Part shown: in pieces, positions 1-8,826 of the stretch
Numbering within the stretch: the first letter of the stretch is position 1
How the letters are laid out: each line of letters begins with the position of its first letter
Origin: Candidatus Gottesmanbacteria bacterium RIFCSPLOWO2_01_FULL_42_22
GTDB taxonomy: Bacteria; Patescibacteriota; Microgenomatia; 2-02-FULL-39-11
Direction of reading: 5' to 3'
Length of the DNA stretch: 64,000 nucleotides
Assembly: GCA_001779315.1 (NCBI GenBank)
Contig: MFJU01000006.1
Span: forward strand, 2,612 to 66,611
Made by a program: the position numbers and the translations under genes
Notes under the pieces: generated by a model
Told to the model about the DNA's origin: nothing
Database searches by the model: none
The model's input: only the letters and a program-made list of their open reading frames with translations

Positions 1-1093
1 TTAAGAATTTGGGGTTAGGCATGACCTCGTCCTGAGTCAATACCCGCATAATTTCCTCACTTTCCCCGTAGTCTTCCATTTTGGCTTTAGGGGAGCCTGT
101 ATGGAGCGAATCAACTCCTAAAAGCCGAAAAATTTTGGCCAGGGTCAGCATGGAAACGGAAAAACCGTTTAAAGCGCCGTGTCCTTCTATCCCCTCTCCC
201 GACTCACGGGTAATAAAAGCATGCATGGCCCGGTGGGCATGGATTACCAATTCCGGATTTTTCAGCCTCATGGTATGCACGGCGGCAAATCCGGTAGCGA
301 TGACGTCAATCATCATACACCGCCCGCCGGTTTCTTTAATAAGATCAGCCCTTTTTAGCATCACGTCCAGATTAGAATGGGAAAGATTGCAAAGATATAA
401 TTTTTTCTTGCCCGTTTTTTGCTCAATTTCAAGCTGGACTTGGTGGACGAGTCGCGCCCTGTCGTCAAATTTATTGAAAAACAGACTGGTCAGATTTTCA
501 TCGTCTTTGACAAAGTCATAACTGCCGTCTCCGGCTGTCCATAATCTGCGGGCTAAAACTGCCTGTTCCTCTGCTGTGCGGCCTACCTTCGGCTTGGGCA
601 CGGTACCTAAAATAGGCAATTTCCGCTGGTTATCATCATGCTCTAAAAGATCCCTGACACCTTCGATACCGTATCTTGGGCCCGGGAAAGCTTTGACCAT
701 TTTCTCCGGAAACCGGACATCAAACATCCTCAAGCCCTTGACCATCTTCATGCCGCCGATATTGCCGGCAGGCCCCGCCAGGAAACCCGACATGTTATCA
801 GCTTCAAAAAGATCGGTTTTATAGGCAACCTTGAACATGAAATTGGCTTCATCAACATCAAAAACAATGGCTTTCATGTCATCCGCCATCTTTATGCCTG
901 ACTGGGGACCTTCATCCACTTTGGTCCAGGTCCCGGTTGAGGATTCGGCGGCTACCGACGCGGCTGCATCGGCAAACTTTTTTTTGTCGACAAAATCCGC
1001 CAGTTCTATTTTGAATTGGATGACGAGGTAGTCCTGATCAGGGTTTTCAGGCTGCCAGCCGGGAGGAGCAATATAATTCAGTTGGACGGCCAT
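1..1093 (-). CDS. rbcL: Ribulose-1,5-bisphosphate carboxylase/oxygenase large subunit, form II/III (partial; C-terminus runs off the window start)
   Basis: Manual minus-strand translation from ATG (complement of 1091-1093) gives MAVQLNYIAPPGW... with the RuBisCO signature motifs GTVPKPKVG and GSYDFVKDDENLTS (carbamylated Lys) and VIHAHRAMHA..SLHTGS. The ORF has no stop inside the window, so it is absent from the ORF track. The plus-strand ORFs 81-1031 are shadow ORFs. Confidence 0.8.
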   Translation of the reverse strand, partial: MAVQLNYIAPPGWQPENPDQDYLVIQFKIELADFVDKKKFADAAASVAAESSTGTWTKVDEGPQSGIKMADDMKAIVFDVDEANFMFKVAYKTDLFEADNMSGFLAGPAGNIGGMKMVKGLRMFDVRFPEKMVKAFPGPRYGIEGVRDLLEHDDNQRKLPILGTVPKPKVGRTAEEQAVLARRLWTAGDGSYDFVKDDENLTSLFFNKFDDRARLVHQVQLEIEQKTGKKKLYLCNLSHSNLDVMLKRADLIKETGGRCMMIDVIATGFAAVHTMRLKNPELVIHAHRAMHAFITRESGEGIEGHGALNGFSVSMLTLAKIFRLLGVDSLHTGSPKAKMEDYGESEEIMRVLTQDEVMPNPKFL

Positions 1094-1100
1094 AAAATTA

Positions 1101-1889
1101 TTATACATTATTTCTGGATAGTATAAAGGGCAATCTATGTTTAAAGGAATTTTCCGACAGCCTGGCCAGCACTCTTTCGACTGTCTTTTGCTTAAAACCG
1201 GATTTCAGAATCTCTTTTTTCGTCTTTTTCAAATCAACATAAAGATAAAGGATGCAATCGGCTTCACTATAGCTGAAACCGAGTTCTCCTTCATCTGTCT
1301 GGCCTTCCCAGAGTCCGGCAGTCGGTTTTTGCTCAATAATCGTCTTGGGAATATCTAAATATTCAGCCAACTGCCTCACCTCTGTTTTATATAGATGCTG
1401 CAGAGGCTCGATATCCGAAGCGTCATCACCGAATCGGGTAAAATAGCCTAACAAAAATTCGGTCCGGTTTTCCGTGCCCAAAACCAATGCCCGGTATTTC
1501 TTGGAAAGATCGTAAAGATAAACCATGCGAATGCGCACCATGATGTTGCCTTTTCTTAATTTATCCATACCGCCCTCAGAATTGGCTATTGATTCCACGG
1601 TATTATTAATGTCAATTTTAATAACATTTTCCTCTTTTATGCCTGTCTTTTGCACCACGCTTTCAGCATTTTTGAAACTTTCGGAATATAAATCAGCAAA
1701 AGGCAAAAGCACGGGGTGAATAAAATCCGCTCCGTATGCTTTAACTGCCAAGAAGAGCGAAACGGCTGAATCGACACCGCCCGACACCCCGATTACCAGA
1801 TATTTGAATCCGGTTTTCTCCCTGGTTTTCTGAAGAAAAAGGATTATCTGGCCTTCGATTTTAGCCGGATCAATTGTTAAATTAACCAT
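1101..1889 (-). CDS. nadE: NH3-dependent NAD+ synthetase
   Basis: PP-loop SGGVDS motif and overall NadE-like sequence; 262 aa. Confidence 0.7.
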   Translation of the reverse strand: MVNLTIDPAKIEGQIILFLQKTREKTGFKYLVIGVSGGVDSAVSLFLAVKAYGADFIHPVLLPFADLYSESFKNAESVVQKTGIKEENVIKIDINNTVESIANSEGGMDKLRKGNIMVRIRMVYLYDLSKKYRALVLGTENRTEFLLGYFTRFGDDASDIEPLQHLYKTEVRQLAEYLDIPKTIIEQKPTAGLWEGQTDEGELGFSYSEADCILYLYVDLKKTKKEILKSGFKQKTVERVLARLSENSFKHRLPFILSRNNV

Positions 1890-1890
1890 A

Positions 1891-2451
1891 CTATCGGTAG
1901 AGGTTATGCTTACGGATATAATTTTCCACTTCCGGAAAGACTAGGCCGCTTACGGTTAATCCTTTATTAATCCTGCTTCTAATGATGGTTGATGAAACAT
2001 TGGACAACATGAGGTTTCCCTCTACCCGTTGAAAACCCTGCGGCAGATTTTTGATCGGATAGTCTTTCCTGGGCATAACCAGAAAGGTAATCATCCGTGA
2101 AAGCTTATGAAAATCCCTCCAGCGGGTAAACTCATAGGTTATATCCGAACCGACAATCCAGAAATAGCGGTTGGAGATATCCTTTATTAAATCTGAAACG
2201 ACCGAAACCGTATAGGTCACTGTTTCTTTTGCCAGGGCAATTGATGAAAGTTTGATTCTGCCTGTCTCCAGATAATGCAGCATTTCCACCCTCTGGTAAG
2301 GTGCCGCCACTATGGGCATGAAAGCGTTCTGGAAATCGGGCATATACCAAACCTGGTCGATGTCTTTGACATTTTCCAGGATTTGCTGGGCAGTCCAAAA
2401 GTGCCAGATGTGGGGCGGGTCGAAACGGCCTCCGAGTACGGCTATATTCAT
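1891..2451 (-). CDS. nadD: Nicotinate-nucleotide adenylyltransferase
   Basis: N-terminal GGRFDPPH (HxGH-type nucleotidyltransferase motif); 186 aa; immediately upstream of nadE on the same strand. Confidence 0.65.
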   Translation of the reverse strand: MNIAVLGGRFDPPHIWHFWTAQQILENVKDIDQVWYMPDFQNAFMPIVAAPYQRVEMLHYLETGRIKLSSIALAKETVTYTVSVVSDLIKDISNRYFWIVGSDITYEFTRWRDFHKLSRMITFLVMPRKDYPIKNLPQGFQRVEGNLMLSNVSSTIIRSRINKGLTVSGLVFPEVENYIRKHNLYR

Positions 2452-2744
2452 ATCTGATTCACCTGCGAGGACTCATGGCTTCCGCTTCGCTCCAGCCTGC
2501 CACCTCCCAGGTGTTTAACTTTTATTCCTGGATTGGATATAAGTTTCAAATCAATCAACAGGCGGTTGAACCAGTCTCCGAGGGTGACTATCAAAGGAAA
2601 TGACAAAGCGGCTTCGCTGGTAAGCCAAGCCTGGAAACTGCCGCAGGAAGCGCAATTACGGGACAGGGAAAAAATAATGAAATCAAGAAAAACGGTCAGG
2701 GGCAATACGAATAAAAATAACATTATTTTTTTAAGTTTGGACAT
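2448..2744 (-). CDS. Hypothetical small membrane protein
   Basis: 98-aa ORF with a hydrophobic N-terminus, overlapping the nadD start by 4 nt; no recognisable motif. Confidence 0.3.
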   Translation of the reverse strand: MSKLKKIMLFLFVLPLTVFLDFIIFSLSRNCASCGSFQAWLTSEAALSFPLIVTLGDWFNRLLIDLKLISNPGIKVKHLGGGRLERSGSHESSQVNQI

Positions 2745-2785
2745 AAAGCAAGTTTAATTATTCATTTTTAATTATACAAGTCTGT

Positions 2786-2878
2786 ACGAAATAGGACTCA
2801 CCCGAAATTTTTCGTGCTCGGATCCCTTCCCCTTCGGGGCGGGGTCCGCCTGCGCGCGAAAAATTTGGGTTCATCCTA
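2786..2878. repeat. GC-rich structured inverted-repeat element (long imperfect ~25-bp stem enclosing a CCCC-UUCG-GGG tetraloop hairpin)
   Basis: aataggactcacccgaaatttttcg ... cgaaaaatttgggttcatcctatt is an imperfect inverted repeat around tgctcggatcccttccccttcggggcggggtccgcctgcgcg; a strongly GC-rich island in an AT-rich genome, lying between two co-directional minus-strand genes. Confidence 0.5.
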
Positions 2879-4094
2879 TTAGTGCAAAAGCGCTGAATAT
2901 TACAAACAGGAGCTGTCCCTGCTGAAGGGTAAGAGGATAGTGGTCAAAAAACCCCAAAAGTAAAATCAGTGTAAATGGCAGAATTCTTTCATTTGGCTTT
3001 TTACGGTAAGCGTAAGCCAGATGGAAAAGCAGATATAAAAAGCCTGTCAATCCGAGGATGCCCAATTCTCCGGCCACAAATAAATAGATATTGTGAACCG
3101 GCTGCAGCAAATGTAAACCGTTTTTGACTGCTGTGCTTCCGTATTGGTAAATCAGGGAATTATTTAAACCTGTCCCGAAGGCGGGATGTTTTTGAAAATG
3201 GGACCAGAATGATTCCGCAAGCTCCCTTCTTTCTGTCAGGCTTTTTGAGGCAAAGGGCATAAACGGGATAAGGATGGAAAGCAGTAAAATCAGGAAAAAA
3301 ATAATTGCTGGCTGTTTAAGCGGTTTTATAAAAATAAATAGCAAACCGCTTAAAAAAACCAGCCAGGCCCCCAGGGAAAAAGTTAAGAATAATGCCGGCA
3401 AACCCGCTAAAATGCTTAAAAATAGAAAAGTCCGGAATTTATTAAAAACAGAAGACTTTATCAGTAAATAAATCATCAGGGATAAAATAACAGCCAAAAA
3501 ACCGCCAAGAACATTCGGGTGGGGGAAAGTGGCATAAGGCCGCAATAAAAGCCTGCCGGAAACTGATACGGCAGCAATGCCGAAAGTTGAGGCATAAAAT
3601 GTCCGTTCCCCCAGATACCACATTATCCCCCCGGCCGACCGCTGGATAATAAATTGAGCGATCGCTAAAAAGGAGGAATAAATGACCGGAATGCTAAAAA
3701 AAAGGACTGTTTTATTAAATGAGGGCTTAAGAGTGATGATCGACCAAAAAAGCAGTATAAATTCGCTAATTTTAAAAAGAGAATAAAAAGCCGCCGGTTT
3801 ATTGACGGAGACAAAAAGCGCTGAATGTAATAAATAGAGAAAGGCAAGAAAAATTAGGAAAAGATTTTTCCATCCGAGCCTGGAGAGAAATCTTAAGGGC
3901 TTAGCCAGGATGATAAGGGTCCAAATTAAAAGATCGGTTAAATATAAGGTCGGAGTTAAATAATCGCTCCCGATGCCGGCAATCTGAGTAAAAGAGGCGG
4001 GAAAATGAAAAGCCAACTGGACAGGCAGAAGAATAATTAAAAAATAATAAAAAAGGAGGGCGGGGTAATTTCGGTTCCGTGAGGGAACGGCCAT
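2871..4094 (-). CDS. Polytopic membrane protein, O-antigen ligase/polymerase (Wzy_C)-like
   Basis: 407 aa with about 10 predicted TM helices and a large periplasmic loop, the architecture of the WaaL/Wzy family; no motif-level proof. Confidence 0.4.
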   Translation of the reverse strand: MAVPSRNRNYPALLFYYFLIILLPVQLAFHFPASFTQIAGIGSDYLTPTLYLTDLLIWTLIILAKPLRFLSRLGWKNLFLIFLAFLYLLHSALFVSVNKPAAFYSLFKISEFILLFWSIITLKPSFNKTVLFFSIPVIYSSFLAIAQFIIQRSAGGIMWYLGERTFYASTFGIAAVSVSGRLLLRPYATFPHPNVLGGFLAVILSLMIYLLIKSSVFNKFRTFLFLSILAGLPALFLTFSLGAWLVFLSGLLFIFIKPLKQPAIIFFLILLLSILIPFMPFASKSLTERRELAESFWSHFQKHPAFGTGLNNSLIYQYGSTAVKNGLHLLQPVHNIYLFVAGELGILGLTGFLYLLFHLAYAYRKKPNERILPFTLILLLGFFDHYPLTLQQGQLLFVIFSAFALIG

Positions 4095-4108
4095 GATAAA
4101 CCTGAATT

Positions 4109-4582
4109 TCAGCGGGGTTTGACAGTTACCCGCCTGTCTCTTCCTTCACCATGAGATTGTGATGTTAATGTTTTATGCTCCGTCAGCATCATATGAACAA
4201 TTCTTCGCTCTAGAGGAGAAAGATACGGCATTTCGACCGGTTGTCCTGTCCTTTCCACCTCCAGGATGATGCGGTTGACCATTTCTTTGATTGATTCTTC
4301 CCTCATCTTGCGGTATTCCCCCACATCCATAATTACCCTGATCCATTTCCCCAGTTTTTTATATAAAATAACACCCAGAAGAAGCTGGAGACTGTTGATG
4401 GTTTCGCCGTGGTAGCCGATCAAAAGACCGGTTTCGGGAGATTCTATGTTTATCTGATAATGGATTTCTTCATCCGTGGTAACCTCCTCGACAGAAACCG
4501 TGCTTTCCACTTTCAGTTTTTTTAAAAGATCATCAACTGTTTCTTTGACTGTTTCAGTCTGGCTAACGCTTTTTTTCTTCAT
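4109..4582 (-). CDS. jag: Jag/SpoIIIJ-associated RNA-binding protein (KH + R3H domains)
   Basis: 157 aa; R3H-like C-terminus (HMMLTEHKTLTSQSHGEGRDRRVTVKP); 4-nt overlap with yidC upstream, the classic yidC-jag pairing. Confidence 0.6.
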   Translation of the reverse strand: MKKKSVSQTETVKETVDDLLKKLKVESTVSVEEVTTDEEIHYQINIESPETGLLIGYHGETINSLQLLLGVILYKKLGKWIRVIMDVGEYRKMREESIKEMVNRIILEVERTGQPVEMPYLSPLERRIVHMMLTEHKTLTSQSHGEGRDRRVTVKPR

Positions 4583-5400
4583 TTAATTTTTTCCGCTTTT
4601 TGTATTTGGTACTGCTGGATTATACCAAAAACAGTGAAGGTGTTCCAATAAAGAGACAGTCCCAACGGGAAGGAATAGGCAAAGAAACCGATCATTATAG
4701 GCATCATCAGCATCATTTGTTTTTGCATGGTTGAAGCCATATCATCCTTGCCTTGCGAAGCTTTGGCCGAAGAGGAATCGTCATTCTTATTACTGATCTG
4801 AGGGGGATGTGCTGCAGTCGGGGTCATCAATTTTGTCTGCCAATACTGCAATAAACCGGTGATTAGCGGAATCGTCAGTAGCCAAAAACCTTTTGATTGC
4901 CAGTCGGATGGTTTAACAGCTAAATTGGATCCGAAAAAGGCCAGATCGAGAGAGGAAATTTTAAGGAAAGGAAAATAGGCTACTTTATTTATTTCTGAAA
5001 CTACTTTGGCCCGGTCGGCATTCAGAAGCTGGAAGAAAAGATTATAAAGGGCAATCAAGATCGGCATCTGGACAAGCAAAGGCAGGCAGCCGCCGGCCGG
5101 ATTAATGCCGGCTTGCTGGTAGAGCTTCAGCTGTTCCTGCTGAAGGCGCACCTTATCACCTTTGAATTCCCGGTTTATCCTGTCAATTTCCGGTTTTAAT
5201 TTGGACAGTTTCCGGGCGCTCTTAAGTTGGCTGGCGGTCAAAGGATGCAGTATCAATCTGATAATGACGGTTAGGAGAATCAGGGCAAATCCTAACGGAT
5301 AAGGAATATGCAAAAAATTCAGGGAATTATAAACCCCTAAAAGTATGTTTAGGATGGGAATAATTAACAGCGAATGGAAAAAATTATCCGGATTAAACAT
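4579..5400 (-). CDS. yidC: Membrane protein insertase YidC (short form)
   Basis: 273 aa multi-TM protein in the rnpA-yidD-yidC-jag synteny. Confidence 0.7.
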   Translation of the reverse strand: MFNPDNFFHSLLIIPILNILLGVYNSLNFLHIPYPLGFALILLTVIIRLILHPLTASQLKSARKLSKLKPEIDRINREFKGDKVRLQQEQLKLYQQAGINPAGGCLPLLVQMPILIALYNLFFQLLNADRAKVVSEINKVAYFPFLKISSLDLAFFGSNLAVKPSDWQSKGFWLLTIPLITGLLQYWQTKLMTPTAAHPPQISNKNDDSSSAKASQGKDDMASTMQKQMMLMMPIMIGFFAYSFPLGLSLYWNTFTVFGIIQQYQIQKAEKIK

Positions 5401-5408
5401 TGTTAATT

Positions 5409-5633
5409 TTATTTTACGGGATCAAAGCCGCCTTTGGAAAAAGGATGGCAGCGGATAATCCGACTTACCCCTAAAAATAATCCTTTGATTGTACCATATC
5501 TCTCAATCGCCTGATAAGTGTAGGTTGAGCACGCCGGTTGGAAACGGCAGCTTCGTTCCATAAAAGGTATATATTTTTTTAATTTCTGATAGCTTCTTAT
5601 AAAGTTAAGGATTGTTTTCTGCAGGTATTTCAT
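5409..5633 (-). CDS. yidD: Membrane protein insertion efficiency factor YidD
   Basis: 74 aa with the CRFQPACSTYTYQAIERYG motif characteristic of YidD. Confidence 0.75.
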   Translation of the reverse strand: MKYLQKTILNFIRSYQKLKKYIPFMERSCRFQPACSTYTYQAIERYGTIKGLFLGVSRIIRCHPFSKGGFDPVK

Positions 5634-5952
5634 TCTTTAATATTTTAACTAATTCCGCTTCTGCCGCCCGTTGGTTTTCCTCTGTCAGAATTTTTTTCGG
5701 TTTTATCATGATAAAACCGCTAAGTTTAGCTTCAGCGCTAAAATCCAAAATTATCCTTTCAATTTTCCTTTTAGTTAAGTTTCTCCTTGTCGATCTTTTA
5801 TCTAAAATTTTAGGAACGGTGATAAAAAACCGTGCTTCTTCAATTTTTTTCTTTTTAATAAAAACCGTAAACAGGCTTGAAGATGTTTTTCTGTAGAAAT
5901 CCCGGTGATTTCTGAAATCGTTAAAAGTTATGCGGAGTTTCCGGGGCAACAT
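5605..5952 (-). CDS. rnpA: Ribonuclease P protein component
   Basis: 115 aa basic protein directly downstream of rpmH, in conserved synteny. Confidence 0.65.
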   Translation of the reverse strand: MLPRKLRITFNDFRNHRDFYRKTSSSLFTVFIKKKKIEEARFFITVPKILDKRSTRRNLTKRKIERIILDFSAEAKLSGFIMIKPKKILTEENQRAAEAELVKILKNEIPAENNP

Positions 5953-5956
5953 TTAA

Positions 5957-6094
5957 TTACACAGTCAGTTTTTTCCGTCCTTTAAGAGTCCTCTTCTTTA
6001 GGACGTTACGGCCGCCTTGGGTTTTTTGCCTGGCTCTGTAACCGTGCCGCTTAACTCTCCGGCTTTTTTTTGGTTGGTAAGTTCTTTTTGGCAT
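5957..6094 (-). CDS. rpmH: 50S ribosomal protein L34
   Basis: Hand translation of the minus strand gives [45 protein letters not shown] (45 aa), a clear L34 sequence. It is below the ORF-track length cutoff. Confidence 0.85.
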   Translation of the reverse strand: MPKRTYQPKKSRRVKRHGYRARQKTQGGRNVLKKRTLKGRKKLTV

Positions 6095-6139
6095 TTGGCA
6101 AATGATACCACAATTTATAGAAAATATCACTTCATCCGT

Positions 6140-6168
6140 GTTGACAGTTGTGGATAACTTTTCTACGA
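6140..6168 (+). promoter_or_regulatory. dnaA promoter (-35 TTGACA, 17-nt spacer, -10 TACGAT) with a perfect DnaA box (TGTGGATAA, 6149-6157) inside the spacer
   Basis: Read directly from the sequence. A DnaA box overlapping the dnaA promoter is the classic autoregulatory arrangement. Confidence 0.55.
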
Positions 6169-6179
6169 TGTGGAAATCT

Positions 6180-7521
6180 TATGGACTCTTCAAATCTTTG
6201 GCAAACTGTTCTGGCCGACCTCCAACTCCAAGTCAGTAAAGTTGTCTTTCAAACCCTGATCTCCCAAACCTCTTTGGAAGTCTTAAATGAAACAGAAGCC
6301 GTCATCAATTGCCATAATCCTATGCTGATCAATTTAATTGAAAAACGCTACCAGACCCTGATTAAAGAAACATTAAAACATTACACTCAAAAAGACCTGA
6401 ATCTGACATTCAGAGCTTTACGGAAAAAAAGCAACGGTGATCATATCGACGGTCCTTTATTCCGCGCAAAAACAGCTGTTTACGAAATACCTGTTAATAT
6501 AGAGAGATTAAACAAAGATTATACTTTTGCTAACTTTGCCGTTTCCTCGACCAACCAAATGGCTTATGCTGCCGCTACAGCTGTCTCTAAAACACCCGGT
6601 TTGTCCTATAATCCCCTTTTCCTCTACGGCAGCACCGGGGTGGGGAAAACCCATTTAATGCAGGCGATTGGCCATTCAGTCCAGGAAAATAATCCCAGGT
6701 TGAAAATGATTTTCTCGACCGGGGAGGAATTCACCAATGAAATCATAGAGGCAATTTCCAATAAAACCACCACCTCTTTTAAAAAAAAATACCGCCGGGT
6801 GGATCTTTTGATGATTGATGATGTCCAATTTATAGCCGGTAAATATTCTATCCAGGAAGAATTTTTCCATACTTTCAACGCTGTCTATCAGGCTAAAAAA
6901 CAAATAGTCATTACCAGCGACCGGCCGCCTGAGGAGATTGACAAGCTGGAAGCGAGACTCAGATCCCGTTTTGAAGGGGGCTTAACTATCGATATCGGCG
7001 CGCCTGATTTTGAACTGAGAACCGCCATCCTCCTTATTAAAGCTAAACAGCGCAGGGTTGACTTGCCGATTGAAGCAGCCAAACTCTTGTCTGCTAATAT
7101 TGAAAACCCCAGGAAATTAGAAGGTATCCTTATAAGAGTTATCAGTGAATCCCAAATTAAGGATATTCCGCTTGATAGTGAACTGGTCAAGTCTGTCCTG
7201 GGAAAAACTCTTAAAATACCGCCAAAAGAAAAAATCTTTGAGCCTGAGGAAGTTGTCAGGGCTGTCTCTTCCTTTTATAATTTAAAAGTCTCCGAGTTAA
7301 AAGGGGGTAAGAGAGACAAAATCTTCAGTCTCCCTAGGCAAATTCTTTACTATATATTAAGAACAGAAGTCGGCACGGGTTTAGCTGAAATCGGAGAACT
7401 CCTCGGGGGGAGGGATCACACGACTGTTCTTTATGGGGTAAGAAAAATCAGTGATCTTATCGGCAGTGATGAAAAAATCCGTGTTGATATCGTGGGGATA
7501 AAAAACCAGCTTTCTGGATAA
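6180..7521 (+). CDS. dnaA: Chromosomal replication initiator protein DnaA
   Basis: Walker A GSTGVGKTHL, AAA+ domain and C-terminal DNA-binding domain. Start set at ATG 6180 (MDSSNLW...) because the track start at 6148 lies inside the promoter/DnaA box. Confidence 0.9.
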
Positions 7522-7537
7522 AGATTTAGTTAACAAC

Positions 7538-7716
7538 TTATCCACTAAAAAACAAAATTTATCAACATAAGAATACACATTAATAAAAGGCTGTTATACA
7601 CAGGAAAAATTAACTATTTGGAGCTTGTTGACTGTTAGGGCTAAATTAACTACACTTATCAACACTTTCTAATACTACTAATACTATAAAAGATATAAGG
7701 ACTTAATAAAAAGAGC
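7538..7716. promoter_or_regulatory. Candidate oriC: cluster of DnaA-box-like 9-mers plus an AT-rich unwinding region in the dnaA-dnaN intergenic spacer
   Basis: ttatccact (7538-7546), ttatcaaca (7559-7567), ttatacaca (7594-7602), ttatcaaca (7657-7665), followed by the very AT-rich tract ctaatactactaatactataaaagatataagg. Confidence 0.6.
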
Positions 7717-8826
7717 ATGAAAATATTAATTTTAAAAGAGAATCTTGTAAGAGCTTTATCGATTGTAGGAAAAGGGATTTCCCTAAGACCTCAATTACCT
7801 ATTCTGTCTCACATTTTACTCAAGGCTGCCAAAAACCGTCTGGAGTTTTTATCTACTAATTTGGAATTGGGAATTATATACCAAACTTCAGCCAAAATCG
7901 AAAAAGAAGGAGAAGTAGCAGTACCGGGAAAACTCCTGACGGAATTTATTAATTCATTAGCAGCGGACAAATTGGAAATTACGGCAACTGATAAAAGCCT
8001 GGAAATAAAAACAGAGACAAGCCGCGCCTCCTTTGCTATCGGTAACCCGGCTGACTTCCCCATTTTTCCCCAAACTGTTGCTTTTGACCGGAAGTTGCCC
8101 TTTTCAAAAATCAAAGATTCAATTATCCGTATGGCTTTTGCCGCATCTACCGACGAAGGCCGCCCCGTACTGACAGGGGTCAGGACCAGAATCACAGATG
8201 GAAAACTGTCGATGTCGGCAACCGACGGCTACCGTTTATCCAAAGAAGAAGTCGTTGTCATGGGAAAAAACGAGACCCTGGAAGTTATCATTCCCGCCCA
8301 ATCACTTTTGGAAGTCGTCAGAATTGCCCAGGAACTTAAAACAGAAGAACTGGGTATTTCCATTATTGAAAATAAAAACCAGGTAGTCTTTTCCCTACCC
8401 GATACCAAAATATACAGCCGGCTTATAGACGGCGAATTTCCCAATGTGGAAAAAATTATCCCCGACAGTTTTAAGACCAGAGTCATTCTGGACAAAGAGT
8501 TGTTTTTCCAAGCCGTCAAAACAACTTCTATTTTTGCCCGGGGAGCGGCCAATATCATCAAAATAAAAATCGAGAAAGAAGGGGTCAGGCTTTCAGCCAA
8601 CACTCCTCAAGTCGGTGAAGAAACTGATTATATTGAAGCCAAAATTGAAGGGGAAGAAAGCGAAGTGGCTTTTAATTTCCGTTTTTTACTGGATCTTCTC
8701 AATAACTTTCCGGAAAAAGAACTGGTTTTTGAATCCTCGGGACCTCTCTCTCCGGGTGTTTTTAGACCGAAAACGGATGAAATTTCATTTCTTCACATCA
8801 TTATGCCGGTCCGCGTCCAGGGGTAG
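7717..8826 (+). CDS. dnaN: DNA polymerase III beta sliding clamp
   Basis: 369 aa, DnaN-like three-domain length, directly after dnaA. Confidence 0.85.
   Translation: MKILILKENLVRALSIVGKGISLRPQLPILSHILLKAAKNRLEFLSTNLELGIIYQTSAKIEKEGEVAVPGKLLTEFINSLAADKLEITATDKSLEIKTETSRASFAIGNPADFPIFPQTVAFDRKLPFSKIKDSIIRMAFAASTDEGRPVLTGVRTRITDGKLSMSATDGYRLSKEEVVVMGKNETLEVIIPAQSLLEVVRIAQELKTEELGISIIENKNQVVFSLPDTKIYSRLIDGEFPNVEKIIPDSFKTRVILDKELFFQAVKTTSIFARGAANIIKIKIEKEGVRLSANTPQVGEETDYIEAKIEGEESEVAFNFRFLLDLLNNFPEKELVFESSGPLSPGVFRPKTDEISFLHIIMPVRVQG

Noticed and set aside
81-1031. Three plus-strand ORFs (146, 82 and 66 aa) at the window start
   Set aside because: They lie antisense to an unambiguous RuBisCO coding sequence that runs off the window edge (and so is missing from the ORF track); they are shadow ORFs.
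6148-6179. Upstream extension of dnaA ([11 protein letters not shown]...) from the ORF track
   Set aside because: This stretch contains the DnaA box TGTGGATAA and the -10 element of the dnaA promoter; the ATG at 6180 (MDSSNLW) is the plausible start.
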